A stretch of 64,000 nt of DNA from Thermoplasmata archaeon (GTDB lineage: Archaea > Thermoplasmatota > Thermoplasmata > RBG-16-68-12 > JAFNFQ01), in assembly GCA_041489255.1 (NCBI GenBank), contig JBGPQV010000011.1:3528-67527 (forward strand), written 5' to 3'. This document shows positions 28,821-37,646 of this stretch, in pieces. The notes below the pieces were generated by a model. That model saw only the letters and a list, made by a program, of their open reading frames with translations. It was not told where the DNA came from and did not search any database. Each line of letters opens with the position of its first letter. Within the stretch, counting starts at the first letter, position 1. The translations under genes were made by a program, and so were the position numbers.

Positions 28821-29486
28821 TCAGATGTTGGTGAGCAGGCCGGGTTGTTTCACCGCTGGTCTCAGTCCTTTCGCCACATAGACGAGAAGGAAATTGTTGG
28901 CGTAGAACTTGGTGAAGATGCTCGACAGCATGTCATGCACTTTGCTGACGCCGATGGGGAGGCGCGTGGCGATCACGTTGCTCGCGAAGATGTGCTGAGC
29001 CCAACCATCCACCTGGAATCCCCTGAGCTGTTGCAGAGTGAAAAAGTGGATATGGGTGGGATCGTCGCGGCTCACAACCTTGTCTCCATTCGGCACTTGG
29101 ATGACCACGACCTTCCTGGCGACCCTGCAGAGATCTTCGATGCAGGCTCGCGTATCTGGTAGATGCTCCAGGACCTGCAGGCAGCTGACCATATCGTACG
29201 ATTTCTCTTTGAAAGGCATGTGAGGGAGAGCAGCGAGCACGCAATCGCTCGTATATCCCCTGACATCGCACCTCGCGGTTCTTAGGCCGATTGTCTTGGA
29301 GAAAACCGCGTAAGGTTGTGTGTTGGCCCCGACATCGAGGTGAGAATCGCAGCCGTACCAGAGGATGTTATCGAGCAGGATCTTCGCCACGAGGGTGTCG
29401 ATGTCCCGAGGCCCCCACCCTTGCATCCAGCGCGGCAGCGTGACTAGTTTGGCGGTCGATGCTCGCGCTTCCGCGGTTCCGTTCAA
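28821..29486 (-). CDS. Class I SAM-dependent methyltransferase
   Basis: Has motif I HLDVGANTQPY and motif II YDMVSCLQVLEHLPD. Confidence 0.65.
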   Translation of the reverse strand: MNGTAEARASTAKLVTLPRWMQGWGPRDIDTLVAKILLDNILWYGCDSHLDVGANTQPYAVFSKTIGLRTARCDVRGYTSDCVLAALPHMPFKEKSYDMVSCLQVLEHLPDTRACIEDLCRVARKVVVIQVPNGDKVVSRDDPTHIHFFTLQQLRGFQVDGWAQHIFASNVIATRLPIGVSKVHDMLSSIFTKFYANNFLLVYVAKGLRPAVKQPGLLTNI

Positions 29487-29597
29487 GGCGGTTCCCTAGA
29501 CGAGGATGTACGGTATTAGTAGGTATCGCAGGCGGACACACCATGGCATCGCCGACTGGGAAAACGTTCATTAGTGAGGGGACAGCTTCCGGCCTCG

Positions 29598-30578
29598 ATG
29601 ACGAAGACCGCTTTCGTAACCGGCATCACAGGACAGGACGGATCATATCTGGCTGAGCTTCTCCTGAAGAAGGGTTACATCGTCTATGGGATGATCAGGC
29701 GCCTAAGCTCTCCCAACACGCGGAACATCGCGCATATCATGGACCAGGTCGACCTAGTTGACGGTGATATGACGGACCAGTCTTCCCTGATCACAGCACT
29801 GATGGAGTCCCAGCCTGACGAGATATACAATCTGGCGGCTCAGTCTTTCGTGGGCACCTCCTTCAGACAACCCGTACTCACCGCGGATGTGAACGGCCTC
29901 GGCGTGGTCAGGTTGCTCGACGCGGTCAGATCGACCGTTCCCGACGCCAAGGTGTACCAAGCATCGACATCGGAACTCTTCGGTAAGGCGACGGAGATAC
30001 CTCAGAGCGAGACGACACCTTTCCATCCACGCAGCCCATATGGAGTCGCCAAGGTCTTCGCCTACTGGGCCTGCGTGAACTACCGCGAGAGCTACGGGAT
30101 GCATGTCTCCAACGGCATCCTCTTCAACCACGAATCGCCGAGGCGGGGGATGGAGTTCGTCACGAGAAGGATAACCTGCGGAGTGGCGAGAATCCACAAC
30201 GGTCTCTCGAAGCACTTGACCCTGGGAAACCTTAACGCCAAGAGGGACTGGGGCTATGCCCCGGAATACGTGGAGGCCATGTGGAAGATGATGCAGCAGA
30301 AAGGAGCAGACGACTGCGTCATCGCGACCGGAGAGACGTATTCGGTGAAGGAGTTCATGGCGCTGGCTTTCAAGGAAGTCGGCATCAACAACTACAGGAA
30401 GTACGTGAGGATTGACGAGAAGCTGAAGAGGCCCGCAGACGTGCACACCCTTTGCGGCAACCCCGCGAAAGCCAAGAAGGTGCTCGGCTGGAAGGCGAAG
30501 ACGAAGGTGCCTGAACTCGTGAAGATCATGGTAGAGGCTGACCTGGAGAGAGTGAAGGAAGAAAGGCACCACCTCTAA
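29598..30578 (+). CDS. gmd: GDP-mannose 4,6-dehydratase
   Basis: Starts at MTKTAFVTGITGQDGSYLAELLLKKGY and has the catalytic motif YGVAKVFAYW and NHESPRRG, the Gmd hallmarks. Confidence 0.85.
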   Translation: MTKTAFVTGITGQDGSYLAELLLKKGYIVYGMIRRLSSPNTRNIAHIMDQVDLVDGDMTDQSSLITALMESQPDEIYNLAAQSFVGTSFRQPVLTADVNGLGVVRLLDAVRSTVPDAKVYQASTSELFGKATEIPQSETTPFHPRSPYGVAKVFAYWACVNYRESYGMHVSNGILFNHESPRRGMEFVTRRITCGVARIHNGLSKHLTLGNLNAKRDWGYAPEYVEAMWKMMQQKGADDCVIATGETYSVKEFMALAFKEVGINNYRKYVRIDEKLKRPADVHTLCGNPAKAKKVLGWKAKTKVPELVKIMVEADLERVKEERHHL

Positions 30579-30593
30579 AGTTGCGAGAGAACG

Positions 30594-31046
30594 TCAGCTC
30601 GCTATCCAGGCTTCGATCCTCTCCACGTCCTCTTTCAATCCCTTCTGGGTGGCCAGCGATTTGTCAATCCATTTCTCCATGAAGTCTTTCTCTTCTTGTA
30701 TGCTCGGATCGGCCCGGGCGAGTTGTCTCACTATCGCGATGTTCCCTCGCCGCCACGATACGATGTCCTTCGCCATCAGCCGCTCCTTCGAATAGGGATT
30801 GCGCTCCACCGCCACGTCGGACTGCTCGACCCAGAGTTTGAGGACGATGTCATAGATGAGCCCCATGAGCAGGAATACTCCGATGACGATCAGGAAGAGT
30901 ATCATCGTCCCGAGGAAATAGTCGCCTTGCCTCACGATTCCGAGGCTTACAAAGTGCTGGTGGAAGTAGTTCGGGTAGAAGACGCCGGCCAATGTCAGCC
31001 CCAGAAGAAGAGGCCGATTAGCGTCTGGCTCTGCTGTATCCGCCAC
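30594..31046 (-). CDS. Small two-TM membrane protein (paralog A). The N-terminus is frame-shifted relative to paralog B.
   Basis: About 45% identical to the 46049..46543 product (LTLAGVFY.NYF...DVAVERNPYS.ER...FMEKWI.KSLA). The upstream TTG/ATG at 31075/31057 encodes LVKKGFMVQLWRIQQSQTLIGLFFWG, which matches the B N-terminus but is in another frame and then stops. This implies a 1-nt deletion near 30990-31000. Confidence 0.55.
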   Translation of the reverse strand: MADTAEPDANRPLLLGLTLAGVFYPNYFHQHFVSLGIVRQGDYFLGTMILFLIVIGVFLLMGLIYDIVLKLWVEQSDVAVERNPYSKERLMAKDIVSWRRGNIAIVRQLARADPSIQEEKDFMEKWIDKSLATQKGLKEDVERIEAWIAS

Positions 31047-31112
31047 AGCTGCACCATGAATCCTTTCTTCACCAATTCGGCCACCTTGGGCTCGCTTTGA
31101 ACTGAGTCGATA

Positions 31113-31919
31113 TTAGTATGTGTCGCCCGCGAGATATCCGCCGTTTCGGCCGACCGTTGGCTTCACAACATTCTCAATGACACCGATGACCAATGCATTC
31201 GCTCTTCGACGTTGGTAATCATAAGGCACATCCCTAACATCCTCCCAGCCAGCTTCCTCCCAACGATTGCCAGTCTGCATCCTCTTCATGAAAAGCAACT
31301 TAGCGAATCTCAAAGCGCCGTCACGTATGTATCCATCTAGAGCGGGATTCAGCCCCAGAGGCATGGTCACGAGGATTCTCCCGCCAGGCGCCAATAGACT
31401 CACGAGGTTCTCGAAACCTCTCAGTACCTTCTCGGGCTCGCGGGGTTTCTCCTCCCAGCCAACATGTTCCATCGTTGATATGCTGACGATGAGGTCGTAC
31501 CTTTTCGGCGTCTGGAAGTCGACCACGTCGCGATTGACGACGCCGTCTGCGATTTCATACTTATCAACAACATCATGAGGAAAGGAGAAGTAATTTGGCA
31601 GAACGTTTCCGATTTCAAGTGTCGTCTTCCCAAGGCTGTCCCTGACCGCCGCCCAAATGACGGGGACTTCGACAGCCCTCTCGTTCTTCCATGTCTTGCC
31701 GTAGATGTGGTAGAAGTAGTGGTATGTTTTTCCGTCGAGACGAAAACTGTCCCCAGATCTGAATAATCTGTGGTAGCGATGGCCTATGTGGCCATCGAGA
31801 CGGAAGGTCACTTCTTTGATGACAGAGCGGATGACATGGAGGACTCCTTTCTCGCGGAGGGATGTTCTCAAACCCGGCAAGAGCCCCTGAAACCTCTCGC
31901 GGCTATGCTTCATGCTCAT
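31113..31919 (-). CDS. Methyltransferase-fold protein (degenerate motif I)
   Basis: Has motif II YDLIVSISTMEHV and motif III LAPGGRILVT. Motif I is degenerate (TLEIGNVLPNY). It lies inside a glycosylation operon. Confidence 0.45.
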   Translation of the reverse strand: MSMKHSRERFQGLLPGLRTSLREKGVLHVIRSVIKEVTFRLDGHIGHRYHRLFRSGDSFRLDGKTYHYFYHIYGKTWKNERAVEVPVIWAAVRDSLGKTTLEIGNVLPNYFSFPHDVVDKYEIADGVVNRDVVDFQTPKRYDLIVSISTMEHVGWEEKPREPEKVLRGFENLVSLLAPGGRILVTMPLGLNPALDGYIRDGALRFAKLLFMKRMQTGNRWEEAGWEDVRDVPYDYQRRRANALVIGVIENVVKPTVGRNGGYLAGDTY

Positions 31920-31976
31920 GTCTCAGCCTGAATGAGAGCTCGTTGGAAATAGCTTCCCGTTTCCTGGTGGGGAGGC

Positions 31977-33017
31977 TCATTTGTCGATTGCCCGCTCATA
32001 GGACGCAATGTACTGAGACGCGATCTTGTCCATGTTAGCAGTCTTCTCGACGAACTCATACGCTCGCACGCCCATCTCTCTGGTCGCCTGCGGGTCATGC
32101 ATGCCCTCCTGTATGCAGCTCCATATCTCTTCGGGACTCTGGGCGAGCCATCCGGTGATCCTGTTCTGGATGACATCTGGGATGTTGCCGAGCGGAGGTG
32201 CGATGACGGGTTTCTTGAAGGCTATGGGGAAGTAGATCGAACCCGAGGTCGTGATGTCCCTATAGGGCTGCACCACTACGTTGCACGCCTTGAACCAGTA
32301 CTGCAAATCAGCGTCTGAGATGAAGCCCAAGTGCGATATGAGGTCGGTTCGATGATTCGCCGCTTCACGGATTGCCGCCCCAAGTTCAGGTTCCCTGCAT
32401 TCGCCAAAGATGCAGAATCTGACGCTCCGAGCGGTGTCCATCGATAGAAGCTTCAGGAAGTCCTCCGTCCCCTTATAAGGGTGGGTCGGAGCATAGTGGC
32501 CCACGACGAACTCCTCTTCCCCGATTCCTAGGCGAGTCCTAGCTTCCTTCTCTGAGATTGTGTCCTCGAAGGCCCCGTTGAAATTCATGCAAGGTATGAC
32601 AACATCGTCTGCCTGCCAATTCTCAGGCAACCCCTTGGCGGCGAAAGCCCTCTTCGCGTCTGAAATGGATCTCTGGCTGTGCCAGACAGCGACACTCGTC
32701 CTGTCGAGATAGAGATGTGTGACCGAGAGGTCATCTTTGAACACAGGGTCATGGGGGGTGATGTTGTGCACCGTCCAGACCTTGGGAATCCGTTTTCGGA
32801 AGAACAGCTTGGCCATCGTCAGGGAATCGAAGACGTTCCAGTGGAGATGACAGACATCGTTGTCGCCAAGCGTCTTCACCCAGAACCTGATGTAGTTCCT
32901 CGGCCAGCGCAGGTACGGCATCGGCGCTTCATTCACTTCAACGCCATGGGCCCTGAGTGCAGCGTTCAGCCTCATCACATAGCCATGTCTTGTGCTGGGC
33001 ACGCAGAGCACTCTCAT
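31977..33017 (-). CDS. Glycosyltransferase family 4 (GT-B fold)
   Basis: The C-terminal GT1/GT4 domain pattern is present (...FGECREPELG...ISDADLQYWFKACNVVVQPY...), as is the E-x7-E-like region. Confidence 0.7.
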   Translation of the reverse strand: MRVLCVPSTRHGYVMRLNAALRAHGVEVNEAPMPYLRWPRNYIRFWVKTLGDNDVCHLHWNVFDSLTMAKLFFRKRIPKVWTVHNITPHDPVFKDDLSVTHLYLDRTSVAVWHSQRSISDAKRAFAAKGLPENWQADDVVIPCMNFNGAFEDTISEKEARTRLGIGEEEFVVGHYAPTHPYKGTEDFLKLLSMDTARSVRFCIFGECREPELGAAIREAANHRTDLISHLGFISDADLQYWFKACNVVVQPYRDITTSGSIYFPIAFKKPVIAPPLGNIPDVIQNRITGWLAQSPEEIWSCIQEGMHDPQATREMGVRAYEFVEKTANMDKIASQYIASYERAIDK

Positions 33018-33020
33018 GCA

Positions 33021-33890
33021 CTAGCCTTCTCGGACGAAAAACAGATTCGTGTATCTCTTGTTCTCCTGAGTGCATCTCTCCATGATTCCCGGGATGTCTG
33101 CTGGCCGTATCGTCCTCCTTCTTTCGTCGATTTCATGGAGAACGAAGCCCTGCTTCACGAAGAGGTCAATGTATTCCGCAGGCTCCGTGCCGAACTGCCT
33201 GAGTCCGAACGGCCAAAACTCCGACACGATCTTAAGGCGCCTATTCTTCTTGAGGAGATCGGGCATTCCTTGGACCGCTCCACCTTCGGCCCCTTGAATG
33301 TCCATCTTCATGAAGTCCACGCGCCCCCCGAAGTCTGCAAGGAAATCATCCAATCTAACGGCCTCTATCTCAATCGAAGTTCGACCGTCGTTAGGATCGT
33401 AAATCCTGTGATCTCCCTTGTTATCCTCCGAGAGGAAGAGTCGAATTCGCTCGGTTCTGTTGGCGACCGCCTTTTGCACGAGAATGACGTTCTGATAACC
33501 GTTCATCTCCACGTTATTCTTCAAGAGACCGAAGTTGGTCGGGTCTGGTTCGAAGGCGATGACCTTGCCATCTGGGCCAACCAATCTCGCTGCAATCAGC
33601 GTGTGATATCCTATGTTCGCTCCGATGTCAAAGACAACATCGCCTTTCTTTATCTCCCCGTTGAGGAGGCCCGTTTCGACGGGTTCGTATATTCCTCTAA
33701 TCGACAAAGCCATGCCATCATTCTGGTCGAGGAGCATCTTGTGTCCCTGGACTTCTGCGATTGCAGTCGGGTCCTTGAGACGAGACACTAGGTAGTGATA
33801 CGCAATCTTGACGGGATAAAGGTCCCCGACGCCTGGAGCGAGAAAAAGAGGCTCCATAATTCTAAAGGCTGGCAGTATCAGCTTCCGCAT
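33021..33890 (-). CDS. FkbM-family methyltransferase
   Basis: Has DIGANIGYHTLIAARLVGPDGKVIAFEPDP and a FkbM-like C-terminal region. The start is MRKLILPAF at 33890. Confidence 0.75.
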   Translation of the reverse strand: MRKLILPAFRIMEPLFLAPGVGDLYPVKIAYHYLVSRLKDPTAIAEVQGHKMLLDQNDGMALSIRGIYEPVETGLLNGEIKKGDVVFDIGANIGYHTLIAARLVGPDGKVIAFEPDPTNFGLLKNNVEMNGYQNVILVQKAVANRTERIRLFLSEDNKGDHRIYDPNDGRTSIEIEAVRLDDFLADFGGRVDFMKMDIQGAEGGAVQGMPDLLKKNRRLKIVSEFWPFGLRQFGTEPAEYIDLFVKQGFVLHEIDERRRTIRPADIPGIMERCTQENKRYTNLFFVREG

Positions 33891-34152
33891 TATGGCGGCG
33901 TCACCGGAGTTCGACCTTATAGCGTTTGCCCGAGGAGAGTCCGGTCCGAAGGCATCCTGAGGATGTGTTCCTTCGCGCTGACCATCGCCCACGACAAGCG
34001 CCTCGCCCCAGACTTCGCACTGACCATGACCATCGGATAAGGCATTGTCGATGCAACGGCTTTGAGCAACCACGAAATGGCAGACCCGTCGATTACGCGA
34101 AATATCAAGACATCGAACCGCGTCAACCGTCCGCTAGCTCGCTCTAGCAACG

Positions 34153-34161
34153 GATAAATAG
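34153..34161 (+). promoter_or_regulatory. TATA-like box GATAAATAG about 38 nt upstream of the 34195 start, with a GGAGA Shine-Dalgarno in the leader
   Basis: The same GATAAATAG box recurs at the same spacing upstream of the 37647 paralog, and a CTTATATC box does so upstream of the 41311 paralog. Confidence 0.4.
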
Positions 34162-34194
34162 AGCTGCATTGATTCTCCAGAGAGGAGATTAGGT

Positions 34195-37100
34195 ATGCAT
34201 GGGATTCGCTGTGCCGCTTTTCCTGTCTGTCTGTTGCTAGTGCTGACTGCTGCCGCTTCATTGATCGACTCGGAAGTCGCGGGCGAGCCCGTTCTCGGTG
34301 TCATTGATTTGCACTATTCGTCGCCCGCACTGGAGATCACCCCGGCACGCGAACCGCTTGAAGGTGACTTCGTCCGTGTCACCGCCCACGTAGAGCTTGA
34401 TGGCACGCAGAACTGGACGAAGCGTGGCGTTGTGCTAGATAAGGGGAATCCGGGGGATCCAGACGACACTCAGGTGTCAGCGCCATTCGTAATGTACACA
34501 GGTGGCGAGTATAAGATGTGGTATGTTGGCGACCCGGGTTCCTCCCCAACTTCATACATTATGTTCGCCAACTCAACCGACGGTGTCACATGGACGAAGC
34601 ACGGCACCGTTCTGAGCCCTTCTGGATTGCAGGAACAGGGCGTACACTACCCCGGCGTGATCTTGGATGGATCGACCTACAAGATGTGGTATGGCGGTTC
34701 AGACGGCACGTATTATAGGATTTTTTATGCAACCTCTCCCGACGGCCTTTCGTGGACGAGACAGGGGTTGGCTCTCGACCTCGGTCCACCCGGAGCCATG
34801 GATGACTCCTCCGTTTTTGCTCCGTTCGTCTTGAGAGAGGGTTCCACATATAAGATGTGGTATACCGGCGGCGACGGCAGCAACAACCGCGTGATGTACG
34901 TCGAGTCAAATGACGGCATCAATTGGGGAACCAGAGAACTGAATCTAGATCTCGGGACGCCTGGCTCGGAAGAAAGCGCACACGTGCAGTTTCCCCATAT
35001 ACTGGTGGAGGGAGGCACGTATCACCTGTGGTATGTTGGACAACTCGCCGCCAGAGACAGGATTTTCTATGCAACATCAGCTGATGGAAAGACGTGGACG
35101 CGGTTGGGGAAGGTCGTTGACCTCGGACCACCCGGTAGCACCGATGATGGACACTTGCTCATGCCGCGCATTCTCCATGAGTCAGGGAAGCCATATCAGA
35201 TGTGGTATGCAGGGAAGGGCACACTCCAGAATATACACCACGCCACGTTCGATTTACCGATCACTCTGCCCGTGTCGGCAAGCGTGGACTTCTATCTAGA
35301 CATGATTGGCCCAGGCACCAACATCGGATCGTCTGTTGTCCAAGTTGGCGCACTTGCACCGTCAAACGCCGACATGGTCTGGCTGGCCACGCCCGCCGGA
35401 GGTCATGTGATCTATGCCGTGATCGACGAAGCGAACTCTGTCGACGAGACCAATGAATCGAATAACGTCGCGTCTCTCGCGGTCAGGGTCGTGGCGAACA
35501 GCCCACCTGTGGCCGATGCGGGGAATGACCAGAGTGTGTTCCGGAACTCGATGGTTGTGCTGGACGGTTCAGCCACTTACGATCCCGAGGGCGACCCGAT
35601 CACTTACTTATGGATCCAGACCGCCGGGCTGCCGATGCCCATGTTCGGAAGCAACACTTCCACCCCATTGGTGGTCACCTACCTCTCTGGGTTCTACACA
35701 TTCCTCCTGACGGCATATGATGATCGTGGCGGGATTTCCACAGATATCACGAATGTGACGGTCACGAACCGGCCCCCCACCGCTGATGCAGGACCTGATA
35801 TTAGTGTCGCCAAGAGGACGCTCGTGATTCTTGACGGATCTGGTTCTTCAGACCCGGATTCCGACTTCCTTTCATACGATTGGGTGCAGACGGGTGGCTC
35901 TCCCGTGACTCTCCATGGCAGCAACACACCGAACCCCACTTTCATGCCTGCGACTGCCGGGCTCCGCACTTTCCGACTAACGGTAGATGACGGAGACCTC
36001 GGGGTCGCCAGTGATTCTGTCCAGGTCAATGTGACCAACCTAGAGCCAATCGCCAGCGCGGGATCGGATATGACCGTCAGGAAGAACACGCCCGTGACCC
36101 TGGACGGGACTGGCTCGAACGATCCTGATGGAGACATTCTCTCATATTTCTGGACCCAGACCGGTGGACCGGGTGTGACCTTGTCCCGCCCAAATTCGGA
36201 GACCGCCACATTTACACCATCTGTCGCCGCCATCTACACATTCAGCCTCTCGGTCAGCGATGGCAATGGCGAGACAGACTCCGATTCCGTCCAAGTCAAT
36301 GCCACTAACAGCGGTCCGGTGGCGAACGCGGGCATGGATTTCACGGCGAGGAAGCGCTCACCCACTATACTTGACGGCACGGGCTCATACGACCCGGATG
36401 GAGACGCCATCACGTTCCTCTGGACTCAGATGGGCGGTCCGCCAGTCATTCCAATGGGGATGGATACGGCCACGCCGACATTCACGCCATTGCGTGCAGG
36501 CCTCTATGAGTTCCGCCTCAATGTCACCGATGCCGACGGAGTGACCGGCTCCGACCAGGTTGGCGTAAGCGTCACGAATTCACTCCCAAGAGCGTATGCA
36601 GGACTGGATTTCACCGCCAAGAAGAAGACCATAGTGACCTTGGATGGAGGCGGGTCTTCCGATCCTGACTTGGAGGCGCTCACCTACGCCTGGTCGCAGA
36701 ATGGCGGCCTGAGTGTGATAATCGTGGACGCGGACAACGCCGTCGCGACATTCACCCCGCTTATGTCTGGCAATTATCTCTTTGAACTCACAGTGGCTGA
36801 CGGCGACGGGGGCATATCCGTGGACAGCGTCCAAGTGACCGTCATCAATGCCGACCCACTGGCGGAAGCAGGACCAGACCTGATTTGCGGGAAAGGCACT
36901 CTCGTGAGTCTCGATGGCACTTCCTCTTTTGACAGTGATGGCGACGTCCTTTCCTTTGTCTGGACTCAGACGAGTGGCCCGACCGTCTCTTTGGCGGGAA
37001 TGGACACCGACTCTCCCAGCTTCACGCCAGCGTCCGTGGGTACATACAAGTTCAGGTTGGCGGTGGATGACGGTGATGGCGGGACGGACACCGACACGGT

Positions 37101-37560
37101 ATTCGTGGTCGTCTACGGGATGGCGCCGACCGCTAGATTGACTGCGAGCGTACCGATGGCGCAGGCAGGCTCATCGATAGGCTTCGACGCCAGCCAATCG
37201 ACTGATTCCGACGGATCCATTGATGTCTTCCGTTTTGAATTCGGCGACGGGGTCAACGAGAGCACGAGCTCGCTTTCGGCTTCTCACACTTACTACGAAC
37301 CAGGCATCTACACCGTGACGCTGACAGTCGTGGATGATGACGGGAACACCAGTACTGCGAAAGTGACTGTGAGAATTCTCGCCGCTGAGCGCAACCTCCT
37401 CGCGGACATATGGTGGCTGATCGCCATCATTGTGATACTGGCGGCGAACGTGGTGTATTTCGCGCTTGAGTGGCGGCGATGGAGAGGGAAAGCCACGAAA
37501 ATCGGACTTGACGAACCAGACGAACTGGAGCCTCCACAGAGCACAGAGAGGAATCGCTGA
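34195..37560 (+). CDS. Giant surface protein 1: signal peptide, about 5 beta-propeller-like repeats, about 9 PKD domains, a TM anchor and a short cytoplasmic tail
   Basis: Has a signal peptide (AAFPVCLLLVLTAAAS). The N-terminal module repeats GxYKMWYxGxDGxxxRIFYATSxDGxxWTxxGxVLDLGPPGSxDD about five times. Then come about 9 PKD-like repeats (PPVADAGNDQSV...LDGSGSSDPDGD.I.Y.W.Q) and a canonical PKD (FEFGDGV...HTYYEPGIYTVTLTVVDDDGN). The C-terminal TM is WWLIAIIVILAANVVYFAL. Confidence 0.7.
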   Translation: MHGIRCAAFPVCLLLVLTAAASLIDSEVAGEPVLGVIDLHYSSPALEITPAREPLEGDFVRVTAHVELDGTQNWTKRGVVLDKGNPGDPDDTQVSAPFVMYTGGEYKMWYVGDPGSSPTSYIMFANSTDGVTWTKHGTVLSPSGLQEQGVHYPGVILDGSTYKMWYGGSDGTYYRIFYATSPDGLSWTRQGLALDLGPPGAMDDSSVFAPFVLREGSTYKMWYTGGDGSNNRVMYVESNDGINWGTRELNLDLGTPGSEESAHVQFPHILVEGGTYHLWYVGQLAARDRIFYATSADGKTWTRLGKVVDLGPPGSTDDGHLLMPRILHESGKPYQMWYAGKGTLQNIHHATFDLPITLPVSASVDFYLDMIGPGTNIGSSVVQVGALAPSNADMVWLATPAGGHVIYAVIDEANSVDETNESNNVASLAVRVVANSPPVADAGNDQSVFRNSMVVLDGSATYDPEGDPITYLWIQTAGLPMPMFGSNTSTPLVVTYLSGFYTFLLTAYDDRGGISTDITNVTVTNRPPTADAGPDISVAKRTLVILDGSGSSDPDSDFLSYDWVQTGGSPVTLHGSNTPNPTFMPATAGLRTFRLTVDDGDLGVASDSVQVNVTNLEPIASAGSDMTVRKNTPVTLDGTGSNDPDGDILSYFWTQTGGPGVTLSRPNSETATFTPSVAAIYTFSLSVSDGNGETDSDSVQVNATNSGPVANAGMDFTARKRSPTILDGTGSYDPDGDAITFLWTQMGGPPVIPMGMDTATPTFTPLRAGLYEFRLNVTDADGVTGSDQVGVSVTNSLPRAYAGLDFTAKKKTIVTLDGGGSSDPDLEALTYAWSQNGGLSVIIVDADNAVATFTPLMSGNYLFELTVADGDGGISVDSVQVTVINADPLAEAGPDLICGKGTLVSLDGTSSFDSDGDVLSFVWTQTSGPTVSLAGMDTDSPSFTPASVGTYKFRLAVDDGDGGTDTDTVFVVVYGMAPTARLTASVPMAQAGSSIGFDASQSTDSDGSIDVFRFEFGDGVNESTSSLSASHTYYEPGIYTVTLTVVDDDGNTSTAKVTVRILAAERNLLADIWWLIAIIVILAANVVYFALEWRRWRGKATKIGLDEPDELEPPQSTERNR

Positions 37561-37602
37561 CTTGATCAGTTCCTGCCCCAACCCATACGCCTGCCCACAA
37601 GT

Positions 37603-37611
37603 GATAAATAG
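37603..37611 (+). promoter_or_regulatory. TATA-like box GATAAATAG about 40 nt upstream of the 37647 start, with a GGGAGG Shine-Dalgarno
   Basis: Identical box and spacing as upstream of 34195. Confidence 0.4.
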
Positions 37612-37646
37612 GCCGGCCAGCAATGTTGATTCAGGGAGGTTGGGAT

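Noticed and set aside
30594-31075. Programmed ribosomal frameshift in small membrane protein A
   Set aside because: No slippery heptamer or structure is evident. A simple 1-nt deletion or sequencing error relative to paralog B is the simpler explanation, and it is kept as a finding under that interpretation.
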